Below are positions 8,657 through 17,603 of a DNA stretch of 24,299 bases, one piece after another. A program made the position numbers and the translations under genes. Location of the stretch: the NCBI GenBank assembly GCA_049599475.1, contig JBMYOQ010000063.1, forward strand, positions 1 to 24,299. The letters run 5' to 3'. Within the stretch, counting starts at the first letter, position 1. Each line of letters begins with the position of its first letter. The notes under the pieces are model-generated. The model ran no database searches. It was not told where the DNA came from and saw only the letters and a program-made list of their open reading frames with translations. This DNA is from Opitutales bacterium (GTDB lineage: Bacteria > Verrucomicrobiota > Verrucomicrobiia > Opitutales > JABSRG01).

Positions 8657-11600
8657 TTAAAGGGCTACGGCGTGCGGTGGTTGTTCTAGGGTAATCAGAG
8701 GAGCGCTTGTGTCTGAACCATTGGAAGGGCGGCTGTTCATATTCGGATCGAGTGGGAACTCATCTATATCATCATTGACACCGTCTCCATCCGTATCTGC
8801 CAGAGCCGGGTCAGTCCCGAGTGCTAACTCCTGCGCATTGGTGAGGCCGTCTCCATCGTTGTTATTTTCAGTAAGACCTATTCCTATCGTCAGCCCAATA
8901 GAGTCGTCGATGCCGTCTTGATTGAGATCGGTATCCAAATCTTCCGTATCTGCCACAAGGGGATTGGTTCCTGTTACGAAGATTTCATCGCTGTCGTTTA
9001 TCAAATCACCATCGGTGTCACCATTTAAGGGGTCAGTTTGATTCTGGTATTCCTGTAAGTGAGTTAGCGTATCGCTGTCAGCATTACTTGAAGGGTCAGT
9101 TAATCCGAAATATACCATCCATGTTTCAGCAACACCGTCTTCATTTGCGTCAACTGCCTCATCTACACCGATATCAACAACACCATCGTCTCGAAGTTCA
9201 CCGTCAAAGTCGAAAATGCTGTGCTCGGTTACAATCCCAGCATCCTTAGCGGGTGAATTATGATAAATCCCATAGTAAGGCGTAATGCCCGGATTGCGCG
9301 TATTTTGATCAGTCGCATCAATAAAAACGCTGCCTGTGCTAGAATCTCGGTGAAGTGTATTTTGGAAGATGATACCATTGGTGTTCCCTTCAATTTCATC
9401 ACCATTTCCGAAAGCGTTATTCCATATGAGTGTGTTGATTAAGCGAATGTCGTTGCTGTTTGATCCACTATAGATCGCTGCTCCGCTAGGGGCTATATTA
9501 TCTACTAACGAGCATGACACAAAAGTAATATCTCCAGATGCGACATAGATAGCTCCACCGATATTGGTTGCCTCATTATTCGCAAACAAGCAGCCAACAA
9601 TCCATAGGTCAGTTTGATTGTTTCCAGCAGAAATATACATCCCTGCACCATTCGATAAATTCGAGGTCGAGCCTCCCTTTTGGATGGTGAAACCGTCGAT
9701 TACACCTTCTGAGTAAAAATCGATCAGATTGTCATATCGACCAGTTCCATCAATAGTGGTGGCACGTGCATGATCGCGACCGAACAGAAACACTCGATCA
9801 CTTATATAAATATCTTCGTTGTAGGTTCCGGGCAAGACCTCGATAATATCAAAGTCTTCCGCTGCATTGAGGGCTGCCTGTATGGTCTTCTTTTCGTAAG
9901 TTGTCTCGTTTGCTAGAGTGCTATCGACAATGAAGTAGTTGACGCTTCCAACATCGGTAAGCGGATGCACTGTTGATTGGCTTGCAGAATACTGAGGCAG
10001 GCTGGTGCCGTCCGTTGGATCAGTCCCATGATAGTATTCGAAGATATTTGGATAACGGTCACCATCAGCATCGCCAGACGCTTCGGCTAATAGTTTGCCG
10101 AAATATTGGTATTCCCAAGCGTCGTCTATACGATTTGAATTCGTATCAGCTAAAACTGTCAGTTTGATTGGACGTGAGTCATTCTCTTGTGAGTTATCTA
10201 AAATCACTCTTGCGAAAAGAGAGTGCTCACCTGAAGGCATGTCATACCATGTCCTGTAAAAAATATTTCCGCTAGATGGGGAGGTGTCTTGGCCGATGTA
10301 ATAGTCGTCAGCATAGAATTCTACACGATCTATGTCATCAGGAGTATCCAGCACCTCAGCTTTGAGCTGGGTAGTTGAGGTGTTCAGGTCATCACCTTCG
10401 AGTAAAACTAGATTGGCGATGGGTTGAGTTAGATTAGCAAACGGGATATCAAAACTGTAGGGAATTGACCATGGAGATGTCCCAAGCCCTGTGTGGGCTA
10501 TTGTTATAGTGTCTGAGTAGATAGCAGGAATGACATTTTCCGTATCAATCGACAAATTCAGCAGTTGATTGCTGCTATTCGCAACCGTTCCGCTTAAGGG
10601 CGTAAGCGAAAGCATAGGCTTCGTTACCTTGAACTTTATCGCTAGGTTGTTTTGAAGATAGATTTCATTATGAGCGACAGTCAGGCCTTGGTTACGTGAA
10701 ACGTTTTGAATGCCGATTGTGCATTCATCAGTATCGCCATCTAATTGCTTGTAGAAAAATTCAATTTCCCCGTTAGCATTAAGAACGATTTGAAACGTGA
10801 TGTTGCCGGAGTTGTCATCTTTAGCAACGGCTTCGTATTGAACAATCAATTGGGTTGCAGATTCTTTATAGTAAATTGAACCGTTCGTACCGGTGTCTAG
10901 GTCGTCCCAAAATGCAGCGATTTTTCCGTATGCTCCGCCTGTGTAAGACAGTGGGTTATTCCAAGAAGTGTTGAATTCCTGTTGGAAATTGAGGTAACCG
11001 TTGGTTGAAACCCATATTTCTGAACGATTTCGACCGTAATAAGGGAAGCTGAACTGTGTCAGCGTAAGCATCTCGGAATCATTGTCATCGTCGGCGATTG
11101 TCAGTAACTCGGTGCCTGTGCTACTGATATCATTCCATGAGTAGATCGCGCTACCCGTCAATGAGTCCTCCCATTGATAGCCTCCTACATTCACTCCATT
11201 CAGAGTAGCTGTATAATTGGCATTACTCGCGGTGTCATTATTCACGTAAAGCTCACGAGTGTGATTCTGCCCCCAATCCATTTTCTCTTCTAGGCTCGGG
11301 TAAAAAACAGCAACGACATCCTGCCAATATAACTCCCAGTCGTCTGGTAGTTGATTAGAGTTCAAATCCAAACCCGCGAAAGGGTCGGTATTCTGATTCA
11401 ACTCATCCTGATTACCTATGGTATCCCCATCTAGGTCATAGCCCCATGGGTCGCCTCCCATATCGATGTCTGTATACTTAAGACGGAAGAAGAGCTTGTC
11501 ACTGGTAGAATTGAAATTCCAGCTGATTGGCAGGTCAAAACCGGGCTCGATAATAGGCGCATAAGCCCAATCCGTAAGAAGGTCATCTGTGCTCAGTATA

Positions 11601-11767
11601 AAATACGTCCTGTTGTCGCGACCAAACCATGACAGTGTGCCGCTATCAGTTACACCGTCATAATCGATCTGAAAGCCTTCATTTAAATCGCTGGCCGTTT
11701 GCGCATTTCCACAAAAGGCGACCCCTAAAAGGCAAAAACATGAGAGAGGATAAAGCTTGGGCGTCAT
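8657..11767 (-). CDS. Large secreted multidomain protein: DxDxDG (bacterial TSP3-like) Ca-binding repeats, NIDO-like domain, Ig-like domains, right-handed beta-helix
   Basis: Signal peptide; repeats DLDGDTIGN, DADGDRYPN, DTDGDLIND, DTDGDGVND; FSFPYYG...VSTNGYL...IAAFWDDL...TFQIVL (NIDO-like); IDRVEFYAD (bacterial Ig); TIQAALNAA...VLPGTYNE...IDGFTI...GGAIY (pectin-lyase-like beta-helix). Confidence 0.88.
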   Translation of the reverse strand: MTPKLYPLSCFCLLGVAFCGNAQTASDLNEGFQIDYDGVTDSGTLSWFGRDNRTYFILSTDDLLTDWAYAPIIEPGFDLPISWNFNSTSDKLFFRLKYTDIDMGGDPWGYDLDGDTIGNQDELNQNTDPFAGLDLNSNQLPDDWELYWQDVVAVFYPSLEEKMDWGQNHTRELYVNNDTASNANYTATLNGVNVGGYQWEDSLTGSAIYSWNDISSTGTELLTIADDDNDSEMLTLTQFSFPYYGRNRSEIWVSTNGYLNFQQEFNTSWNNPLSYTGGAYGKIAAFWDDLDTGTNGSIYYKESATQLIVQYEAVAKDDNSGNITFQIVLNANGEIEFFYKQLDGDTDECTIGIQNVSRNQGLTVAHNEIYLQNNLAIKFKVTKPMLSLTPLSGTVANSSNQLLNLSIDTENVIPAIYSDTITIAHTGLGTSPWSIPYSFDIPFANLTQPIANLVLLEGDDLNTSTTQLKAEVLDTPDDIDRVEFYADDYYIGQDTSPSSGNIFYRTWYDMPSGEHSLFARVILDNSQENDSRPIKLTVLADTNSNRIDDAWEYQYFGKLLAEASGDADGDRYPNIFEYYHGTDPTDGTSLPQYSASQSTVHPLTDVGSVNYFIVDSTLANETTYEKKTIQAALNAAEDFDIIEVLPGTYNEDIYISDRVFLFGRDHARATTIDGTGRYDNLIDFYSEGVIDGFTIQKGGSTSNLSNGAGMYISAGNNQTDLWIVGCLFANNEATNIGGAIYVASGDITFVSCSLVDNIAPSGAAIYSGSNSNDIRLINTLIWNNAFGNGDEIEGNTNGIIFQNTLHRDSSTGSVFIDATDQNTRNPGITPYYGIYHNSPAKDAGIVTEHSIFDFDGELRDDGVVDIGVDEAVDANEDGVAETWMVYFGLTDPSSNADSDTLTHLQEYQNQTDPLNGDTDGDLINDSDEIFVTGTNPLVADTEDLDTDLNQDGIDDSIGLTIGIGLTENNNDGDGLTNAQELALGTDPALADTDGDGVNDDIDEFPLDPNMNSRPSNGSDTSAPLITLEQPPHAVAL

Positions 11768-11778
11768 AACGTTTAGAA

Positions 11779-12663
11779 TTATTGAGATTCTGTGTAGCTA
11801 CTGTTCTTGCCGGGCCAGAAATTAGTTATGGTTGGCTTGGGTTGCTTCGGATTCTTCTTTTCGTATTCTAGCCGGGCGTCACGGAGTTTTTCGGCATTGA
11901 TGTGAGCAATTTTCAATTGCTTCTCATGTTCCAAATAGTAGCTGAGTAAGCCATCCATATGCTCATAGAGCTTATCAGGGACGTTTTCGGAGGTATCAGC
12001 TTCTATCACATATTCAGTGTATTCCTCTGATAGCTGAACGGGGGGGTCAAACCAGCGAGAATCATATTCATAGCCGAGTTTTTCTGCATCTTTTCCGCGC
12101 TTTTTTTCGTCCTCTTCACTAACTACTTCTGAGAATCCAAAATAACTGTAATGAGCCGATTCAGTTTCAAAGCTCGAAATCGGGCTCAAGTAGAGAAGCG
12201 CCAAATTGGTCCACACGGTAAAACGCTTTCCATCATCAGGATTATTCCAATAGATACGAGTGTGAGACTCCTTATAAACCGTTGCTGAAATAGAAATCAT
12301 TTCATGGGGACGCAATTGTTCGGGAAATACTGCAATCGATGTGGATTCGACAATCTCAGGATTCGATTCTGTGAGCTTAGTATTTTCTCCGATACTCACC
12401 TCCTCTTCGTTGGCATTATTGATCGCTGGAGCTGAGATCCTGCGGACGATGATTTGCGATGGAGCAACGTCTAAAACATTCTGATCAAGGACAGTGACTG
12501 CATTAATCTGAGCACGTTTTTCTGCGTCGCGCTCTTCCTTAGCTTCCACCTCAGCCTCTACTATGGATTGCGCCTCATCCTCACTTATCAGTCGTGGCTC
12601 TTCTTGTGCAGAAATAAATGGCCCAAGAATACAAATCGGAAACAGATACACTAAATTTTTCAT
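11779..12663 (-). CDS. Secreted hypothetical protein, first gene of the Rhs operon
   Basis: 294-aa ORF with N-terminal signal peptide; 11-nt gap to the next gene on the same strand. No family recognised. Confidence 0.8.
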   Translation of the reverse strand: MKNLVYLFPICILGPFISAQEEPRLISEDEAQSIVEAEVEAKEERDAEKRAQINAVTVLDQNVLDVAPSQIIVRRISAPAINNANEEEVSIGENTKLTESNPEIVESTSIAVFPEQLRPHEMISISATVYKESHTRIYWNNPDDGKRFTVWTNLALLYLSPISSFETESAHYSYFGFSEVVSEEDEKKRGKDAEKLGYEYDSRWFDPPVQLSEEYTEYVIEADTSENVPDKLYEHMDGLLSYYLEHEKQLKIAHINAEKLRDARLEYEKKNPKQPKPTITNFWPGKNSSYTESQ

Positions 12664-12827
12664 AAATCTAACTAATAGCGATGATCAAACCCCGCTCACA
12701 TTTTCCAGTCCAGCTATAAATCAAATGGACTATAACTATTATTCAATGGTTTCCGAAAAGCAGTCTTAGCCGTGACTACTCAATGATATAGACCGCCCCG
12801 TTCTTTCCCTACCTGAATCTCAAACGA

Positions 12828-14429
12828 CTAATCTTGATAAGCATTAGCCCAGCAATATTCCAACGCTTCAAACATGACAGTCATATGATTTTCAAAATCT
12901 TCCTTAGAAATATTTTGCCCCATGTAGCGCGCTAGCTTAACCTTTTGGTTAATTCTCGTGCTGGTTCGCAGTTCTACAGGGTAATAGTCTTCAAGCCCAT
13001 GCACGGGCAGAACGAATAACTGGTTATCTGCTCCGTTGTGCCGACGACCGTTTCTAAAATCATTAAAACGCTGCTCTTTTCCCACATCAGGTTTATCAAA
13101 GAGGATGGCAAGCCGCTCTCTGTAAATCGGTCGCCGATCAATGGTAGCCAACAAATCCTCTACCGCAGTGACTTGCTGCCGTTGGCGTTCGTCATCTCCA
13201 TTGGCAGGCAAAATGTGGATTTGTATACGATCAGAATAATGCCGTTCAATAACATGCTTATAAAACTCTACTTCACTAGGCCCTTCAACGATTAGGAAAT
13301 TTGCGGGAAGCAAAATATCAGCTGGAGACCCTCCAAGAAGCTCGAAAATAACTTCGTGTTTTATTGCTAGAGAAGAGACTTTGCTTATCTGGGTCTCGCC
13401 ACCCAATTCTTTCGCTACCCTGAAGATTGTCTGCTGATCATTAGGGTCTCTAAGTAGGACAGAAGAATGAGTATTAATAAAAACCTGATCATGACTGTCC
13501 GCCAACTCTAGAAGTGCTTGTTTGAGCTGTCGCTGAGCCGTCGGATGAAGGTGCAACTCAGCTTCATCTATAAAAAAGATGAACGAACGCCCAAGAGCAT
13601 CATCACGCCTTTGGTCAGCATATGTCTTAATAATGGCAAGCATCAACGCTCGCTGCATTCCATCTCCTTTTTCCTCAGCCGCAGTGGAGACACCATCATC
13701 AACTTGGGTTCTAAAATTTTTCAACAGATCATCAAATGCCGGTTCCTCCACCTTGAAGCCAACTTCCGCACATTCAGGGAACTGCATCCTAAGATGCCCA
13801 CAGACCATACCGCTAATTTCTTTGAGCTTTCGCTTAATACTAGAGCTTTCAGAGGCAAATAGTTTGTCGAATTGCTCACGGAATTTTATATACTCTTCCT
13901 CCGACTCAAGCATTTCCGAAAAGACTCCACCGAGCATCTTTCCTATCGGAGTAGTGGTTTTATAGTTCCCCACATCCTTCAGATTCTTGGTTGCTTCGAC
14001 AAATTCAAATCGAGGAATACAATTATTAAATGGTCCATCTGAGCCACACGGCTGTTTCTTCCATCTCCCATCCCTAGGGTTATATAAAAAGCGATCTTTC
14101 GGCCGATCACTAGTGCGCCTTACCCACATAGTATTACTCGCCTCTAAAACCTTTCTTAGCTTTAGCTGATTTTCGGAATTACTGATCTGGGAGAGCCCCT
14201 CCTGAACCCCTGAAAATTCCAACTCTACGGAGACTATCTCATCCTCGGCAGCGTCCGAACGTTTCACATCGGGAAGAAGGCCGACTCCTTTATAGAACCA
14301 CTGAATGGCTTCAAATAAATTTGTTTTTCCGTGATTATTTTGGCCCACGAAAACATTGAAATTGGAAACATCGACCTCTACTCGGCGAATCGAGCGATAG
14401 TTCTCTACGGTGATCTTGGATATTCTCAT
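12828..14429 (-). CDS. OLD-family ATP-dependent nuclease (ABC ATPase + TOPRIM)
   Basis: ITVENYRSI start, Walker A GQNNHGKT, signature KGDGMQR, Walker B FFIDEAELHLHP, H-loop INTHS, TOPRIM LIVEGPSE, later FDKPD and LEDY. Confidence 0.9.
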   Translation of the reverse strand: MRISKITVENYRSIRRVEVDVSNFNVFVGQNNHGKTNLFEAIQWFYKGVGLLPDVKRSDAAEDEIVSVELEFSGVQEGLSQISNSENQLKLRKVLEASNTMWVRRTSDRPKDRFLYNPRDGRWKKQPCGSDGPFNNCIPRFEFVEATKNLKDVGNYKTTTPIGKMLGGVFSEMLESEEEYIKFREQFDKLFASESSSIKRKLKEISGMVCGHLRMQFPECAEVGFKVEEPAFDDLLKNFRTQVDDGVSTAAEEKGDGMQRALMLAIIKTYADQRRDDALGRSFIFFIDEAELHLHPTAQRQLKQALLELADSHDQVFINTHSSVLLRDPNDQQTIFRVAKELGGETQISKVSSLAIKHEVIFELLGGSPADILLPANFLIVEGPSEVEFYKHVIERHYSDRIQIHILPANGDDERQRQQVTAVEDLLATIDRRPIYRERLAILFDKPDVGKEQRFNDFRNGRRHNGADNQLFVLPVHGLEDYYPVELRTSTRINQKVKLARYMGQNISKEDFENHMTVMFEALEYCWANAYQD

Positions 14430-14703
14430 TGCTATATCAAACTTCTACCTAATCGACTGCGCGAAACTTGAGCTGATTCACATAGTAAAACATACAATTT
14501 CGTGGCTATATTCGATAACCCATAGAGGTAACTAATGATTTAAAAAGTGCACGACAAATTCGCCTCTGACGGCGCTACGCATGATAATTACCGATACAGG
14601 GACCTCTGATTTAGAACCTAGCCCTCGTCAGTGAACTTTCTCCAACTCACAAAATAAGACACAAAGCTTGTGTCATACTTTTTCTTCCAAATCACCGATT
14701 CCA

Positions 14704-14716
14704 TAAATCGTTGATT
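14704..14716. promoter_or_regulatory. IHF-binding consensus site next to the tRNA 3' end (att-site accessory)
   Basis: TAAATCGTTGATT matches YAANNNNTTGATW exactly; a weaker copy TAAGCTTTTGAAT lies at 14884-14896. Confidence 0.5.
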
Positions 14717-14729
14717 TTCAATCAAATAG

Positions 14730-14805
<76 letters not shown>

Positions 14806-14934
14806 TCATGGCACTTCTAGGCACATGCAAAATAAGACACAAATACGACACATCGTTTTCGCGCATGTGTGTCTTATTTTGTATAAGCTTTTGAATACTA
14901 AAAAGTTAGAATCTGTAAAGAACAAGGTTGACCA

Positions 14935-14977
<43 letters not shown>

Positions 14978-14989
14978 ATCAGTAAAACC

Positions 14990-15035
14990 TTCGATAAAGG
15001 CGTGAGAATGATGGCCCGTCAACCGGTTTTTTAGA
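14990..15035 (-). promoter_or_regulatory. Possible sigma70 promoter of the tRNA locus
   Basis: TTGACG -35 at 15022-15017 with an upstream A-tract; the -10 region is a poor match. Confidence 0.35.
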
Positions 15036-15064
15036 AAATCCTCATCAATTCGCTGCGAGGCCCG

Positions 15065-16483
15065 TTACCACGTGTATTCGACCGTGTAACGGATCTTGGT
15101 TTCTTCGCCGGCTTTAAGAGATTTCTTCAAAACTAGGGTATCTGCTTGCGGACGCTCTGAAGCATCTGCTGTGAACTGAATAATCTTGGCATTCATTGAG
15201 CGCACAAGCGGCTCGCGTATCTCTATGCTTACCGGCTCTTCTTTTCGGTTTGCCAATCGGTATTCGATGGTTTCCTGCATCCATTTCCGGCCACTCACTA
15301 CCTGAAAGTCGACCTGCTTGCGCTCGGCGACGAGGTCAAAGGCATTTCCGAGAAGCAAATCGAGGGTCTCGTCCTTGGGCGTGTGTTCCACCCGATCCTC
15401 TCCAATGAACTCAAGGGAATCTTCATCACTCTGATAAAAGCGCATCCGCCCGGCGGGTATCGGCATGCCTAGAGCATTGTTTTCGGAGTTTTCAATAAAG
15501 ACGCGTTTCTCAACTTTTGGACCCTCACCTCGGCCAAGAAAGCCCGGATCTTGATACACACCTCGACCGTACATCCCCCGAAAGTTGCGTGCCACGTCGA
15601 CAATGTACCGCGTGTCACCACGAACGCCTGTTGCATTCATGAATTCGACCTGTTTGGTCTGCTGATTCTCTAGATCGGTCTGATAAGGCAGCGTATACAA
15701 ATGGAAATCAGCGAATGCTTTCTGACTAACGCCTTCATTGCGAGATGCGCCCGCAGCAAAAGACATTTCTGCTCTAACCCGATAAACAGATGGCTCAGGT
15801 TGCACACGATTCACCTCCCCGGCCATGAGCTTAATATTCGCCTGCTCAAAACGGGTGCCGCTATTATTTGTCAAAGTCACCCATCCGACGACATCATAGA
15901 TATCGCCCCCGCGCGCGACTACGTTGTAATCCGCCTTCCAGCGAAAACCTGTACTGATATAGCTCAGCTCGCCTTCAAACGCCTGATTCCCCTCGGACAA
16001 GATATCCCAAGCTAGGCGTGGGCGAAGGAGGGAGCCTTCCCCGAGACTTGGAAAAATTGCACGCCCGGGGAGCCCGGTCATAATTCCACGCTCAGTCTGC
16101 ACGATCGGCTGATTGCCTCCGCGGATGATTTTACCCGTTTCGTAGACTGCGTATCCACTGTCATTCGTCCCGGTCAGGAACGTAATTTCTTTCCCTTCAA
16201 ATTTCTTAAGCAAGAGGTCTTGGTTCAAAGTGCCTCCCTCGTAATTTTGCTCCAAAATTCTAAATTTCGCAGCCCCGGCAGGGTCTCGAAACACGACAGA
16301 GTCCGGTTCCAGGAAGCGGGTAATTTCCTGATTGGTAACAGTGTTTAGCCCATCACTGAGGTCGACATCGAAGGTCTGCCGGACAACTGCGAAGTTATCA
16401 TTGTAGATCGTTAAGGAGGGAGAACTCGCACAGAGGCTCCCGCAACACAGGATAAGAAGGGATAAATGGGATCGCATAGCCAT
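15065..16483 (-). CDS. DUF4139 domain secreted protein
   Basis: Signal peptide; LTIYNDNFAVVR, LSYISTGFRWKADY, GWVTLTNNSG, LMAGEVNRV, HLYTL, LGMPIPAGRMRFY, FIGEDRVEHTPKDE motifs typical of DUF4139 proteins. Confidence 0.85.
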   Translation of the reverse strand: MAMRSHLSLLILCCGSLCASSPSLTIYNDNFAVVRQTFDVDLSDGLNTVTNQEITRFLEPDSVVFRDPAGAAKFRILEQNYEGGTLNQDLLLKKFEGKEITFLTGTNDSGYAVYETGKIIRGGNQPIVQTERGIMTGLPGRAIFPSLGEGSLLRPRLAWDILSEGNQAFEGELSYISTGFRWKADYNVVARGGDIYDVVGWVTLTNNSGTRFEQANIKLMAGEVNRVQPEPSVYRVRAEMSFAAGASRNEGVSQKAFADFHLYTLPYQTDLENQQTKQVEFMNATGVRGDTRYIVDVARNFRGMYGRGVYQDPGFLGRGEGPKVEKRVFIENSENNALGMPIPAGRMRFYQSDEDSLEFIGEDRVEHTPKDETLDLLLGNAFDLVAERKQVDFQVVSGRKWMQETIEYRLANRKEEPVSIEIREPLVRSMNAKIIQFTADASERPQADTLVLKKSLKAGEETKIRYTVEYTW

Positions 16484-16527
16484 ACTACGATCCAGACACA
16501 GATTCCTTAGACTTTAAAACAAAGATG

Positions 16528-17535
16528 TTACTCAAAAAAATCGATTACCGGGCGCATGCGCGACTCTGGGAGCTGCTGGAGCGCCTCTTTAAACACGGCC
16601 TCAATTTCGCTGAGAGATTCTGTCTCCTTCAAGGCCAGGATGCCTCGAGAATTGGACTCGGCCAGAGTCTTCGCATCGAATAGCATCATGACCGCGCCAA
16701 GAGGCGTCACTTTTACCACCGTGCCATGCGGGCCGTGGGTCCAGACATTGTGTAGGCCGATTTCACCCCGAGCAGCCTTGTAGGACATCGGTTCGACGGG
16801 ATCTCCATAGCGTTCGCACGCTTGCTCCATGAGCACAGCATCTTGCTGGGTGATTCCGTGAGCTCCGATAAAGCCTCCGGCTTTCATTACACGCGCTACG
16901 CGAACGTCCAGCTCTTCCAAGTGCATTTCCCCGTCGCAACCGTATCCGGAGACTCCGTAAACCGATGGGACATCGAGCTGCATCAGCGCAGACATCACTG
17001 AGAAGTCGACCATGGCAGTCTTCGCCGGTGCCGCTTCTTTGCCATCCGTAAATGTGTCCGAGCCGATGTCTACGCCGATTACAAGATCGATTTTTCGCTC
17101 GGTGACAAAGGCCTGCAAACTATCTCGAAGTCCCACGACCCCGTTTTCCAAGCCAACAACGCATACATAGTCAGCAGGGAGAATATCGTAAATAATGGCT
17201 TCGCAAGGCGCACGCTCCCCCACTTTTGAGGACGAGTTGATGATCGCGACCTGATCGTGGACACGTTCGGCTGGGCTTAGATCGTCGAGGCTGTAAACAG
17301 TCGGCCCCATTACTGCGCTTCCCCATTTCTCAGCGAGCGGGTTACCCTCAGGAGTCCACCATTGGCAAGATACTCCGCCCATCCCTACTTCCTCAACGCC
17401 GAGCTGCCGCAGCAAGCGAGCAATGGGAATACCCTGGACCGCATCTCCGCCACCGCCAATCCCAAGGATCAACGCGCGTTTGGATTCGAGTGCCAATTCT
17501 ATTAAGCTTTTTTTCAGTTCCACAGTCTCAGGCAT
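16528..17535 (-). CDS. DUF1152 family protein
   Basis: LILGIGGGGD, DLVIGVDIGSD and GYGCDGE motifs. Confidence 0.8.
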   Translation of the reverse strand: MPETVELKKSLIELALESKRALILGIGGGGDAVQGIPIARLLRQLGVEEVGMGGVSCQWWTPEGNPLAEKWGSAVMGPTVYSLDDLSPAERVHDQVAIINSSSKVGERAPCEAIIYDILPADYVCVVGLENGVVGLRDSLQAFVTERKIDLVIGVDIGSDTFTDGKEAAPAKTAMVDFSVMSALMQLDVPSVYGVSGYGCDGEMHLEELDVRVARVMKAGGFIGAHGITQQDAVLMEQACERYGDPVEPMSYKAARGEIGLHNVWTHGPHGTVVKVTPLGAVMMLFDAKTLAESNSRGILALKETESLSEIEAVFKEALQQLPESRMRPVIDFFE

Positions 17536-17603
17536 TTTTAAATATACAGCAAAATCAATGTCACGCTCGACTTTGGCACATTTTTCTCTGGTTTCTGTAA
17601 GCT

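Noticed and set aside
13038..14169. Plus-strand ORFs of 60-128 aa
   Set aside because: Antisense to the OLD nuclease; no independent evidence.
825..14429. HerA-like ATPase and OLD nuclease as one defence system (Gabija-like)
   Set aside because: They are over 10 kb apart on opposite strands, and the ATPase is not a UvrD helicase.
14806..14934. Intron-containing or split tRNA interpretation
   Set aside because: The downstream gene is already complete with its own 5' half, and the 129-bp spacer is too short for and lacks the features of a group I intron.
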